Source: the human T2T-CHM13v2.0 reference genome, Homo sapiens. From it: a DNA stretch of 64,000 nt. The notes beneath the pieces are model-generated. The model had not been told where the DNA came from, made no database searches, and was given only the letters and a program-made list of their open reading frames with translations. Location of the stretch: NCBI RefSeq assembly GCF_009914755.1, contig NC_060942.1. One strand, 5' to 3'. Each line of letters opens with the position of its first letter. The stretch's first letter is position 1. Both the position numbers and the translations under genes were made by a program. Positions 13,461-27,789 of the stretch are shown in pieces.

Positions 13461-13461
<1 letters not shown>

Positions 13462-13504
<43 letters not shown>
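13462..13504. repeat. (TG)n microsatellite
   Basis: About 21 uninterrupted TG units. Confidence 0.97.
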
Positions 13505-13507
<3 letters not shown>

Positions 13508-14005
13508 AAGTGAGAAAGTCTCATAGCTCCTGTTTGATTTCTGTGGGGAAGCAAACTGCCAAATTCAGGCAACCTGTGGAAAACTTGCAGAGGCTCTGGT
13601 AGATTCTGGGATCGTCAAGGGCAGGATGCCTGCCTACCGTTCTCTAGAATCACCCCAGTGCAGAGCCTGGCAGACTGCTGGAATTGAAATGTGTTATCAA
13701 GATTAGTGCTGCAAAGGAACTGCAATTCCAAATCAAATAAAGTCTAAGAGGGATGTAGGGCTGGAAAGAGACCATCTTTCAAGTTCTTTCCAACCCAAGA
13801 TGTTGTGATTTTTGAAGCTTTCCTTGCAATAGATGTTGTTTAACTACCTTGTGTCTTCTGTGAAGTTGCCACCATGAAAGCTGGACATGTTTGGCACCCA
13901 CTTCCCTTGGCACAGTTTATATACTTGTACACTTGTTATAGTATCAGCGCTCTAGATTCTGTTAATGCATGACAGGAAGCATAAAGAGTACTAATCACAA
14001 GGGCA

Positions 14006-14091
14006 ATTTTCCAGGTTGTATGTACTATAGAGAAAAGATCATATATACTTGGTAATTATCTTTTCTCCATAGCACATATAACCTGGAAAAT
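14006..14091. repeat. Inverted repeat, 34-bp arms with 18-nt spacer
   Basis: 14006-14039 is the reverse complement of 14058-14091 with 3 mismatches. Confidence 0.92.
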
Positions 14092-14911
14092 ATATACTTG
14101 GTAATTTAAAATGTATACTTGGTAATTTTAGACATTTTAACCATTACTTCTATGAACAGCAGACTTCACTTGTTATAATCACATAATTAGAAGACATTAT
14201 TGCAGTTCATAAATGAAATTAATTATAATTTTAATTAAATTTTCAAAGGACAATCTAATAAAAGTAGGATTGATTAGAAAATTATCAATGAATTTACAGA
14301 TTCATTTAAGACATTTATCTCTGTCACTTTTAAATTTCATTGAAATCTGTTAAAAGTGATGGTAGGTATGCCCACAGTAAGATTTCAATAGTCACCATAT
14401 TGTTTCAAGAGGTAAACAATACCTAAGATGTGTCTTGGTATCTTTCACTGAGTAGTGAATTTTATCAGTCAACTCCTTTGAACATTGTCTTGAAATAAAT
14501 TGACAGAAAAATATGACCTGTCCAGCGTTCATTTTGAAATCAAAGTCTTGTCTATTTGGCCAGTTACATTTTTCTTGAAAATGGATTTGGATTTCAGATC
14601 AAATGTGTGGCTGAGATAAATTTATTGATGGCCTATTTGAGGGTCATTCATGAAACTGATATAGAGCAATTCTAAGTCCTAGCAGAAGCTGAAAAATGTG
14701 TGCAACATTTGTGTCTAAAATAAAAGCTTTGGGGCAGGAAGAAGACCTAGTACACATGCTGGATCTGTTGCTTACAAAATGTGGTTAATATTATTTACAT
14801 TAGACCCACTTTAGTGGTAGCAGCAAAACCTGCGTAGTTTTCATAGTGTTTGATAATTTTCATTTCACAAATGGAAATGACATCATCAAGAAGGAGGGCC
14901 TGTAAATCATG

Positions 14912-15970
14912 CATTCATTCATTCACTCATTCATTTATTCCACGAATACAAAGCTAGACCCTCTATGCAGGATTTGGTTATAAAAGTTATGAAATAGAGT
15001 GATACAGTCAGCAGATCCATTCAACTCTACCCTCAAAGTAAATCCAGGATGCAACCCCTTCTTCTCACCACCTCTGCACTTGCTATTCCAGTCTACAGTG
15101 TTTTATCTGCCTAAACAATTGCATTAGCTTGCTAGTTTGCCACTCTGCTTCCACTCTTGTTACAACATAGCAACCGGAGATAGTCTTTTTTTTTTCCTTT
15201 TGAGACAGAGGTTTGCTCTGTCGTGCAGGCTGGAGTGCAGTGGCAGAGATAGTCTTTTGAAATGTAAGCAAGATCATTTAAACCTTTCAGTGGCATCAAA
15301 CCTCACTCATAATAATATCCCAGAGTCTTTCCAGAGGCTGGAAAGTCCTTGTGTCATGCTGCCTGGCCCCGTCTCTGAGCCAACTGCCCACTCTGCTCTC
15401 ATTCCCTCCTTCCCAAACCCAGTGCATACTTCACTGAAGGTGTCTGTGTCCTTCTCCAAAGATACAACCAAGGCTTGCTCACTTATCCCACTCAGGTTTC
15501 CAGTCAAGTCATCAGAACTGAGAGGCCTTCCTGGCCCACCTTTTCTCATTTAGGCCCTCTTCCTTACATAGTTCTCCTTCCTCTCACCACTTTTTTTTCC
15601 AGAGCATTTATCATCACTTATATGTATTATTCACACTGTATATTTGTTTATTTTCTGTCTTCCCTGTCTAGAATGTAAGCTTTGGGAGAGCAGTGGCTTT
15701 GTGTATTTTATGTATTGCTGTATCCTTAGGGCTCAATAAATATTTGTTAATAAATGAAGGAATCATCCTGCTCTGATTCTTTTAATTTTACCTGGAAAGA
15801 AAGAAAGGCAACAAATAATTCCAATAAAGCATGGTAAGAGTTATCATAGGAGAAGCAAAGAGTCATGGGAACAGTAAGAAGAACTAATTGGTTTTCTGGA
15901 GGAGGTACTGTTTCAGTTGAGACCTGAGGGGTGAAGTAAGCCCAGGAAGAGAGTTCCAGGAAGGAGCAAC
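14912..15970. mobile_element. L2 fragments (plus-strand L2 3' part at ~15010-15762 inside a minus-strand L2)
   Basis: ctagaatgtaagctttgggagagcagtggctttgt...gctcaataaatatttgttaataaatgaa is the L2 tail. The (attc)n tail of the opposite copy is at 14913-14940. Confidence 0.7.
15186..15244 (-). mobile_element. Severely 5'-truncated Alu (~59 bp)
   Basis: Poly(T) plus gagacagag...caggctggagtgcagtggc, flanked by TSD gagatagtc at 15177-15185 and 15246-15254. Confidence 0.9.
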
Positions 15971-15974
15971 AACA

Positions 15975-16095
15975 CCTTCCTCTTTCCCTCCCTTCCCCAC
16001 CTCCTTCCCTCCCTTCCTCCCTCCTCCATCCCTCTTTTTCTCCCTTCCTTCCTTTTTTTTTGTTCCTCTTTCTTTCTCTCTATTTATTTTATTTA
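15975..16095. repeat. CT-rich low-complexity tract
   Basis: Polypyrimidine (cctt/ccct/tttc) run. Confidence 0.85.
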
Positions 16096-16815
16096 GTTGT
16101 AGTCATATCTTCTTGTTCTTGTCATTTTAATTCTTGAGGATGTGATGTGTGCTTCTGGGAATAATTTGGATTGGATAATTTGAACAAGTTCACCTAGGCA
16201 AGGTAGGAAAAGTATTTATAAACATGTTAAATATACAGCTGAGTCCTTAATGAAATAAGGAGAGTAAGAGAATCCTCAACCCAAATTAGAAGTACTAAAC
16301 AAGTGTGACATTGCTGTTATCCTGGGGTGGGGAGGAGCTGAAAATGAGTGCCCAACCCAGGATTATGCAACACAGGAAGACATAATCCATGATGAATGAC
16401 AGTTATCCGATACAAAAAATAAACAAAAGGATTAGAACCCAAAGAGTTTCAAGTAATAGATTATTAGAGGGATATTATAAAATAATATGTTAAAAATGAT
16501 TAAAGAAAAAAATTAACAAGTCAGAAAAGCATAAGACATATGAGTAAGAAATAGGAAGCTTTGAAAATAACAATTAAATTTCTAAAATTGAAAAATATAA
16601 ACATGGAAGGGAAAAGCACAATGGATAGTTTAACCAGATATTCAACATTCAAACAGTTGAATAAAGATTTTCCTAAAGGGTAGCAGAGAGCAATTAAATA
16701 TTTAAAAGTGGTTAATACACATTGAGGGGAGAAAGAGTGTTTTAATGAGAGTGCCTGAAGGAAAGAATAGAAGAGGAGGAAATATGTGAAGAGATAAGAC
16801 CTAGAGTTCTCCAGA

Positions 16816-17129
<314 letters not shown>

Positions 17130-17516
17130 AAATCCTCCAGATTTGATGAAACACATGAAACGTCAGGATTTGGAGGCCCAAGTGAGATAAGACAACACAC
17201 AGATACATCTTATGGAAATACCAGAGACCAATATAAAATCTTAAGAGGAAGAAGAAAGAAAGAAAAGACAACCTGTAACAGAACAACCACACTAACTGTA
17301 ACCTTCTCAGTAATGACAGAAAAAACCAGAAGACAACAGAATAATATCTTCAAAGGGGTAGGGGAAATAACTGTAAACCTATATTTTTATACCCAACCAC
17401 ACTATCATTCATAAATAAGAGTGAAATAAAGAGATTTAGCAGATAAAGGCTGAGTGCTTACCACTATCAGAGCCATGTTGGGAGCAGAAAATAAGGTATA
17501 TCCATGTGCAATCATA

Positions 17517-17740
17517 ATATGTCTTATGCTTTTCTGACATGTTAATTTTTTTCTTTTAAACATTATTTTATAGTATCCCTCTAATAATCAATAACTTGAA
17601 GCTCTTTGGATTCTAATCCTTTGTTTATTTTTTACATCTGATAACTGTCACTCATCATGGATGATGTCTTCCTATGTTTTATAATCTTGGGTTGAGCACC
17701 ATTTTCAGCTAATCCCCACCCCAGCATAACAGCAATGTCA
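17517..17740 (-). repeat. Inverted duplicate of 16306-16541
   Basis: The reverse complement aligns end to end with 16306-16541 at about 90% identity (hand alignment). Confidence 0.92.
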
Positions 17741-20679
17741 AGAAGCAGGAATTTAAACTCCAAATGAAAGAATAGGAAGCAAGACGTAGGGATTTAAACT
17801 TCAAAGGAAACAATGGGATGCAAACTCATGAGCAAAGAAACCAGTAAATTGTGGGTTTATATAAACAATCAATGATTATATAAAACAACAATAATAATAA
17901 TTCAAATGAATAATTTGATAAGATATAAAACTAAGATGACACTAAAATGTTGGACCAAATAGCATGTAAGAGGGAGGGGATGGTCAGAGTTAAAGTGCTC
18001 TAAGGTACTTGCCATATTAGAGCAGAATAAAAAGATCAGTTAAACTTAGATCTTGTTAGGTCAGGAGACATGTTAAAAAATTAGAAATAATAACTAAAAT
18101 AATGGAAATAGAATGTATCTCTTCAAAACCAGCAGAGGAAAACATGATAATAAAGAAAACTCAATCACTTCAAAATAAGTTAGAAAAGAAAAAAGGAATA
18201 ATATAATATGATAAGAATGCAAAAAATAAAGTAGAAAAATATGAAATACATGTGCAATTATAGTAAATCTAAACTGAGCAGTGACAGAAAAATATACTTA
18301 ATCTGAAAAATTAGGGGATAGCTAGATTAGATAGTCAGCTAACGCAGTAGATTAGAAGGCCCCTGACAAGCGTAAAATTTATAATTATATTTTTATGTGT
18401 CTATATGAACATTTATATTAATATCTAATATTTGTTTATATATTTTATGCAAATTAAGCAGGCACTAGATGTTACCATTTCTCAGTGTGGGAAATCAATG
18501 TGTCCTAAGGATATGGGTCTGCAGAAAGATTAGCCCAGCAGTAAGTTGGCTCAGCCACCGGAAGAGGGTGCTTCAATGTAGAAATCAATGTAAAAAGAGT
18601 TTGAGTTGTTGACTAGGAGTACAACTTATTAGAACTGCACATTTTAAGAAACAGAAGAATAGGGAGATGAATCGAGGTCAAAGCAGTAAAACAAATAAAC
18701 AAACAGACAAATAAATTAAGAAGTGCCTATAAAAGAGAGAGGAGTTTCACCTTCAGAAGAGCTCTGGGTAGAAAAAAGCATCAACAGTACCCTATATCTC
18801 TTTTTCCAATCCAGAGACATTTTGGAAATAACTTTGAAATCTGTTTCCCCAGGTTTGTTTTTCCTCTCTGTCATACCTCAAGAGGAACACAAAGAGTGAT
18901 GGCCTGTCACTCTGATGCCTCTCTCTACTCAAATGGCAGAAACCAACCAGGTGAGTTGTCATAACTTAGATGAGGCTGGGATAAAAATACACCTTGGAGA
19001 GCTAGCTTACTGATGACAGACTGAGAGTTGCTCTTTTTGATTTGAGTGAATTGGAGCTTAAATTCTGTGCCAGCCCATACGAGTGTCTCAAGATGCTTGG
19101 GTTAGAAAAGAGATTATATCAGGATTATAAGGTCTTTTGCCTGTCTTCCCTCAGAATTGTCTTTGATTGATAGATAAGTGACCCTCTCCAGCATACTGAT
19201 TTAAAACTGTAAGTGAAAAAAACAAAACAAAACAAACAAAAAAACAGTTGAAACTTTCATTCAATATTCACTTTGGATTTACCTTTAAAAGCAGCTCAAC
19301 CATTGCAGAGTTAAACATCCTAATTAATTACATCGTCTGAGAATGCAGCTATTACATGCATCAATGTATTTGTTTTTCATTAAAAGTCAAAAACCCTTCC
19401 TTGGTTTCAAAACATAACAATTTTAAAATCCTTAATCCTAAATCTCAAATCTTGATCTTCAATTGGAGTAACTTATACAAACTACTTTGTAGGGTGAGTC
19501 TCTCAGCCTAGCCTCTCCTAACCTGCTCAAAAAGGCCCTCCAGCAGGCAATTGGGGTATACTATAGAATCAACCAACAGAAACGCAAAGCTATCTCCACC
19601 GTGGCTACAAATGATATCACAATGAGGCGTGCATCTGCTTTGCTGAGGATACCTGTGATTGTTAATAAAGTAAGTGGTAGGAGTGGGGCAGTTTTTCTCT
19701 ACCTTTTATGATATCTTTCAGTAATAATGACATTGAGCTCCTCACAGGTCATGTCTGTTCATGGCTGACATTTGTTGTTCTGTTCTGATTGGATGATACC
19801 TTTGTCTCGGTTTATAAAAGTTTTGAAAATCATCCTAGTCTGAGAAATATTGATGCAATACTATTGTTTTGTTTGTTTTTGATTTTTAGCAAAGCAACTA
19901 TTGGAGTTTTATTTATAGCTTTATTTATTTATAGCTTCCCCTCACCCCAAGACCAAGGAGTGAGTCCATGGGATTGATTATAAAGTAGATTTGAGTGATT
20001 TAAAATCATTTCCTCCTGAAGTCATGAAACCTTTTACTTTCTTTTAATGGTGTTCAATGCATTGTTCTGATCTCATTCTTACCTTAGAATGAACAATTTC
20101 CCTGGATACTTTATATTTCCCACAACGGTGACTTTACTCAACATTTTGCCACATATACATAGCCATGTCTGTATCTCAGCTTTGGCTCAAGCAAAGACTT
20201 TGAAACATTAATGAAAAATATTAATAAGTGCCTATTGTATGCTGAGCACTTGCTATTTCATGTAATTCTTACATGACATCTTTTACAGGAGAATATCACA
20301 CAGTGCTCAGATTCAAACTCAAGTCGAAGGCATCCAAAAGCCCAAGCACTGTCTTCACACTTTGTAGACAGATTCTCTCCTTCTTCTTGGATGAGGCTGT
20401 CAAAGAACTGGGGAGTAGGGGGATATTCAGACCACATCTTCATGTTCAGTAGAATATCTTCACGTTTTGGAGTGTTAAGTTGGATAGCATCACTTCTAGC
20501 CATGGAACTCTTCCAGAAGCTTGAGAACCTGTGAGATTCTTGAGCGACTTGGGACACTCAGAAGGGCCAGGATGAGGTTCAGGGTTGAGCCACTGAGAGC
20601 TGGCTGTTCTGAGCTTGATTTTAAGGGAAAGAAGGGGTTGAATTCAAGCTTGCCAAGACCTGGTTTCTTCTATATTCTA

Positions 20680-21170
20680 TCTGCTTTCAACTTGTCCATC
20701 TTTATTTATGTAGTGACTAGAGTTATCCTTTTTAGAAACAAACATAGTCATACTATTTTCACACTTAATGACTTCTTTTTGAACTCCTTACTCTGATCTT
20801 CAATGTTCAGCTGAACTGGCTCCTTTAGGTTTAGTCCCAGTCATTCTTCTTCCCCTCCAACCTCCAACATGCCTTCAGAACTCTGAACATATCTAGGACT
20901 TCCATGCCTTGGGGTCACTGCATGTGACATGTCTTCTGCACACCATTTTCCCCCACTATTCTGTCTCACCATATCATCCTGGACATTTTTTACACCATGT
21001 TTCTACAATGTATAATTGCTTGCTTATTTATTTTCCATCTCCTCCATCAACTGCAAGCTACGTAGGACAGAGACCATTACTCCTTAAATCATCATGCTTA
21101 CCCAGAGGCTGCACTGTGCTCAGCACATAGTGAACACTCAGTAAAAACTTGTTGATTGTGTAAGTTAATG
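20680..21170 (+). mobile_element. L2 3' fragments
   Basis: actgcaagctacgtaggacagagacc...cactgtgctcagcacatagtgaacactcagtaaaaacttgttgattg. Confidence 0.6.
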
Positions 21171-21797
21171 AGCTATGCTTAAGAACACTGGTGTCCACAG
21201 TTGGACCAAGGTGCAAGGGTCAAGCAGAATTGAGCTTTCCAAGTTTTCACAAACATGCCAATATTAATAAGTAAACTGATTTCCATTCTGAGTTTTATCT
21301 AATTTTTCATAAACCACTGCTCCCTGTTAATGCCTATCTATTCTGGAATTTATTGCCAGATGATATGTTATTTAATATGAAGTTGATTTTTTTTATCATA
21401 GGTATAATAAATGAATCAATATTAAAAACAATCCCATAGTGTTCCATAAAGACATGGCAACTTCTTCCTGTCCCTCCACCTGAAGAATTTTGAGAACTGC
21501 TGGCCTGTGTCACTCATCTGTTACTCCATCACTTCACATTTTACAATAGCTTAAGTGTTCATTCTTATTTTGTTTAAATTTTGTCTCATGGCCTTGAGCA
21601 CACAACTTGATTGTAAGCATCTTGAAGTGAAAAGTCACAGCTAGCTTTTCTTCTGTCCTCTGAATCCCCCACAGTACCATCCCAGTATCTTGTCACGGAA
21701 GATGCTTCACGAATGGGCATTGATTGATTACTTCTCCTTTTCATAATCAGAACATTGTGGCTTGGCTGGGAAGCACAGTGGAACACCACCCTCTGTC

Positions 21798-22247
21798 ATT
21801 TTTTTTTTTTTTGTGAGGCAAAATTTATATGACATAAAATTAAAGATTTTAAAGATAGCAATGCAATGACTTTCAGCACATTCACAATGTTGTGTGATTA
21901 TTACCTCCTTTCCCTTCCAAAACATTTCCATTATCCCAAAAGGAAACGCCTTGCCAATTACACAGTCACTCCCCTCAATTCTTGTCAACCACTAGTCTGC
22001 TTTCTGTCTCTGTGGATTTCCGTATTCTGGATACTTCAGGTAAATGGGGTCATACAGTATGTGACCTTTTGAGTCTGACTGCCTTCACTTAGCATAATGT
22101 CTTCAAGGTTTGTCCGCATTGTAGCAGGTGCCAATACTTCATTCATTGCTATGGCTGAATAATATTTCATTGTATGAATATACCGCATTTTGTTTATCCA
22201 CTCATCTTGATGAACATTGGAGTTGCAGCCAGCTTTTGTCTATTTTG
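21798..22247 (-). mobile_element. L1MB 3' end
   Basis: Poly(T) then aaccactagtctgctttctgtctctgtggattt..tattctggata...cttcacttagcataatg...atggctgaataatatttcattgtatg. Confidence 0.88.
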
Positions 22248-22900
22248 CACTTTCTGTCTTCATCCACTCTACTCTTTTCCATTTGTACTGGAGTTACCTC
22301 AGGGAGTAAAACTCTGCAGAAGTCTGGGAGCTATGAATGCTGTCTGCGAACAGACTTCAAATGCTTCCTGAAATTGTAGTGCTTTTTAATTATCAAAAAT
22401 ATAGTGCTTATCAATTTTAGTACTTATTCAGGCTGATACATTTCTGGAAAAGCAAGCCTAAGAAATGAGTTCATTAATGACTTCCACATATACTTTACTT
22501 TCATCTGTTTCTACGCTACCCCTAAAATAGTCCTAAGAGATGAAGTGGGTGTTACTATTGCATAGGTAACAACTCCCTAGAGTAAGGCCAGGCCTAAGGA
22601 CAGTTAGTTAAACTTGGCCTCATGGGGACAGGCTGCACTGTCACATAAATAGACTTATATTCTGGAAATGTTCAAACATGCATACAAATATAAAGGCTAG
22701 TTCAATAGACTCCCACACATTTGTCACCTAGTTTCAATAATCCGCATCTGCTGCTCTTATTTTACCGAATATGCTGCTCTTATTTGCCCTACCATCACAT
22801 TTAAAAAAATTGTATTTGTTGTTCTTATTTATTATTTATTTATTTATTTATTTGTTGCTGGGGTATTTTAAAGATAATTCTAGACATAATATCGTTTCAC

Positions 22901-22971
22901 TCATATGTATTTCAGTCTAAATATCATACGTATTTCAGTCTAAATATCATATGTATTTCAGTCTAAATATC
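22901..22971. repeat. 23-bp tandem repeat x3
   Basis: tcatatgtatttcagtctaaata x3 with one substitution. Confidence 0.95.
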
Positions 22972-23480
22972 TAGTTTTATTTTTTGAACATAATCACAAA
23001 ATCATTATCAAGGCCTTCAAACCTCGACAATTCCCCAATATCATCAATTTGTGTTCATTTTTCATGATTGTCCCAATCGTATCTTTTTTAATTGTTGGTT
23101 TGTGCAGTTCAGAATCCGGACAAGATTCTAGGAATATTGCCTATGATTAACATGTTCTTATATTTCTTTTAACGCACAACTGTTTCCTCTCTTTGGTGCA
23201 TTTATTGAAGAGATTGAGAAATGGGCCTATTGTCTTGTAGAATGATTGGATTTGCCTGATTATATCTTTTTAGTGTCATTTAATATGTTTCTCTATCCCT
23301 ACAAAAATCAGTAGTTAGAACTAGAGGCCTGATTAGATTAAAGTTGATTTGGTGGTGTGGGGTAGAGGGATTTCATAGGTGGTATTGCCTCATATTCTAG
23401 TCTTCTCATATAAAGGCATATCAAGGATCGTGTATTTATCCCATTTTCCTTAATATTAAGATTACTCCATGATTTAGTGT

Positions 23481-24407
23481 TGTGGTAGGTTGAAAAATGG
23501 TCCCCCAAACCAAAAGATATCCACATTTTAATCCCCAAAATGTATAAACATTAACTTATATGGAGAAAAGGAGGCTGAGTCTTTGTAGTTGTGACTAAAT
23601 TAAGGGTTTTGAGATGCAGAGATTATCCTGCATCATCTGGATACCAGATCTGGGACTCAGAGGCCATTACCTGTGTCCTTTGTGAAAGGAAAATATCTTG
23701 GGCCCCTTCAAGCTGGGAACCACACAGGGCAAATCTGCCTCCCATTCTACTCAAAGTCATCCCTCTGCTCACAGAGATAGATGCATATTCTGATTGCCTC
23801 TTTTGGAAAGACTTATAAGAAACTTAAAAGAATGCAACCATCTGTCTCTCACCTACCTGTGACCTGAAAGTCCCCAGTGGGGGGGCCTTGCTTTGAGTTG
23901 TCTCCACCTTTCTCGATGGAACTACTGTACTTCTTACATATATTGATTGATGTCTCATGTCTCCCTAAAATCTATAAAAACAAGCTGTGCCCCGACAACC
24001 TTGGGCACCTGTCGTCAGGACTTCCTGAGGCTGCATCATGGGCGTGTCCTCAACCTTGGCAAAATAAACTTTCTAAATTAACCGAGACCTGTCTCAGATT
24101 TTCTGGTTTTACAAGTTATAAGTGGGAGGCAGAGGGAGATTACAAAGACACATACAGAAGAGAAGACAGTGTGACCACTGAGGCAGAGATTACAGTTATG
24201 CAGCCACAAACGGAGGGAAGCCTGCAGCCAGCAGCAAATGAAAGAGTGGAGGGAACACCCAGAGGGAGTGCAGCCCTGTCAGCACCTTGATGAAGCTGAG
24301 TGAAACTGATCTTGGATGTCTGGCCTCCAGAACTGTGAGAAAATAAACTCTTGTTGTTCAAAGCCACCATGTCTGTGGTAATTTGTTATAGACGCTGTAG
24401 GAAGCTA
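23481..24407 (+). mobile_element. MLT1C/D solo LTR interrupted by MER4A
   Basis: tgtggtaggttgaaaaatggtccccca...; resumes at 24114 with ataagtgggaggcagagggaga...tggcctccagaactgtgagaaaataaa. Confidence 0.85.
23681..24113 (+). mobile_element. MER4A-type ERV1 solo LTR
   Basis: tgtgaaaggaaaatatcttgggcccc...caaagtcatccctctgctcac...aaataaactttctaaattaaccgagacctgtctcaga...aca. Confidence 0.9.
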
Positions 24408-24850
24408 GAGTTGACCCTTGAACAATGCAGGAGTTAGGGGCGCTAACCCCCCTGCACTTGAAAATCCAAGTCTACAACTTTTAACTCTGTAAATACTTAA
24501 TTACTGAGCTGACTGTTGAAATTATTAAGAACTCATATTAAGAACTCAAATATGTAAATAGCCCATTAACACATATTTTGTATGTTACATGTATTATATA
24601 CTCTATTCTTATAGTAAAGACAATTTTATTATGAAAATGATAAGAAAGCAAAAATGTATTTACTGTTCATTAAGTGGAAATGGATCATCATGAAGGTCTT
24701 CATCCTCGTTGTCTTCATGTGGAGTAGGCGAGGAGGAGGACAGGGGAGAGGAGGAATTGGTCTTGCTGTCTCAGGGTTGGCAGAGGCAGAAGAAAATCTT
24801 AGTATAAGTAAACCTGCACAGTTCAAATCTGTGTTATTCAAGAGTCACCT
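24408..24850 (-). mobile_element. Tigger2a (TcMar-Tigger)
   Basis: TIRs agttgacccttgaacaa and ttattcaagagtcacct with TA flanks. Internal tggatcatcatgaaggtcttcatcctcgttgtcttca. Confidence 0.85.
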
Positions 24851-24917
24851 TAATAAAAGTATGAGCTAACTGCCTGATTCATCCATTAAAATGTCCCCAT
24901 CAAGTTTTTCAATACAA

Positions 24918-25537
24918 CAGTACTCCCCAACCCCGCCCCACAACTTATTCTCTGGGGATATGTTCCAAGACCCACAGTGGGTGCCTGAAGCTGTGGATAG
25001 TACCGAACTCTATATATACTATGTCTTTTCCTGTGAATACATACCTTTGATAAAGTTTAATTAGTAAATTAGACACAGTAAGAGATTAACAACAATAGGA
25101 CAATTATAATAATATACTTGTAAGTAAAGTTATGTGAATGTAAGGGGGGCATGGTGGCTCACGCCTGTAATCCCAGCACTTTAGGATGCCAAGACGGTCA
25201 GATTGCTTGAGCCCAGGAGTTTGAGACCAGCCTGGGCAATATGGCGAAACCCTGTCTCTACAAAAAAATACAAAAGTTAGCCAGGTGTGATGGCACGCAC
25301 CTGCAGTCCCAGCTACTCGGGAGATTAAGGTAGGAGGATCAACTGAGGCTGGGAAGTCAAGGCTGCAGTGAGCTATGATTGGGCCACTGCACTCCAGCCA
25401 GGGCAACAGAGTAAGACCCTGTTTCAAAAAAAAAAAAGTTATGTGAATGTGGTCTCTCTCTCAAAATATCTTATTGTACTGTGTGCATGGGTAACTGAAA
25501 TTTACAAAGCAAAACTGCAGGTAAGGGGGGACTACTG
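24918..25537 (-). mobile_element. MER44 (Tigger7-derived MITE) interrupted by an Alu
   Basis: TIRs cagtactcccc and ggggggactactg. Internal atgttccaagacccacagtgggtgcctgaa..ggatagtaccgaac. Confidence 0.85.
25142..25437 (+). mobile_element. AluJ
   Basis: J diagnostics (gcttgagcccaggagtttgag, gtcaaggctgcagtgagctatgat). 16-bp TSD aaagttatgtgaatgt. Confidence 0.93.
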
Positions 25538-25982
25538 TAATAATTTTAGCTGCCATTGATTACTGTTGTCTAGGTTCATTATTTCATTAGCTAGTGGAAA
25601 ATAGTGATTTTCTAATTCTTTAATTTTTTCTGCATTTATTATGCATGATTCTTCTATATAAAGAACAACTGTATTCCTCATCAACTAGCTGATTAGCCTG
25701 AGTTCTAGTCCAAATAGGGAAAGACAAGAGGAATGCTTGAGATTTTTCCCTTAATTGATACACTTTCAGAATAATGAGTTGGTTCCCTAGCAACCTCCAA
25801 GGTGATCAATGAGATTTTTTGTTTGTTTATTTTTGAAGTATCATTATGAACTCATCAGTTTTCATATATTTGACAAGTTTCAATTCATTATAGTCATTAT
25901 CATTTTTGATGCTTAAACTGTCCTATCTGTAATCTCAGGGGAGACCCTCCAGGCTTGATCTGCTTTAGAAAAGTCGAATAAT

Positions 25983-26957
<975 letters not shown>

Positions 26958-26990
26958 TCTAATGCATCTAGCATACCTCTGAGATGTTTA

Positions 26991-27443
<453 letters not shown>

Positions 27444-27789
27444 AAAAGCAAAGCTACCATCCTACCCTAACTCTAATGCCTTTGTTTGTTATCTGTAGTC
27501 CACATCCAGCCTTACCTTCCTGGCCTTGCTTCCTTCTCCAGACTTTGTCTACCACTTTATAACATTTGTCTACAGGAAAATCTCCCTCAATAGATTGTAT
27601 TTGGGGTTGCGTCTTATCCACCCTTGTAGTCTTACATTCTCATAATGAAATGGAATAGAGATTTAAATACAGTTAACATTTAGTAAAGTTTTCTTTGGTG
27701 CAAGAAAATTACCAGGATAATTCTGTTTTATTTTCTACTCTTCCCCTTCATCCCTTCAGCCTGTTGAAGTCTACTGGATAAGTAAATAA

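Larger units (their letters stand above)
22655..25960 (-). mobile_element. L1MC 3' region, fragmented by nested insertions
   Basis: tggaaatgttcaaacatgcatacaaa...ctcccacacatttgtcacctag. L1MC-like sequence resumes at 24860-24915 and 25540-25960. Confidence 0.65.

Noticed and set aside
22901-22971. 23-bp repeats as a possible CRISPR-like array
   Set aside because: The copies are contiguous with no spacers, in primate L1-derived DNA. It is a minisatellite.
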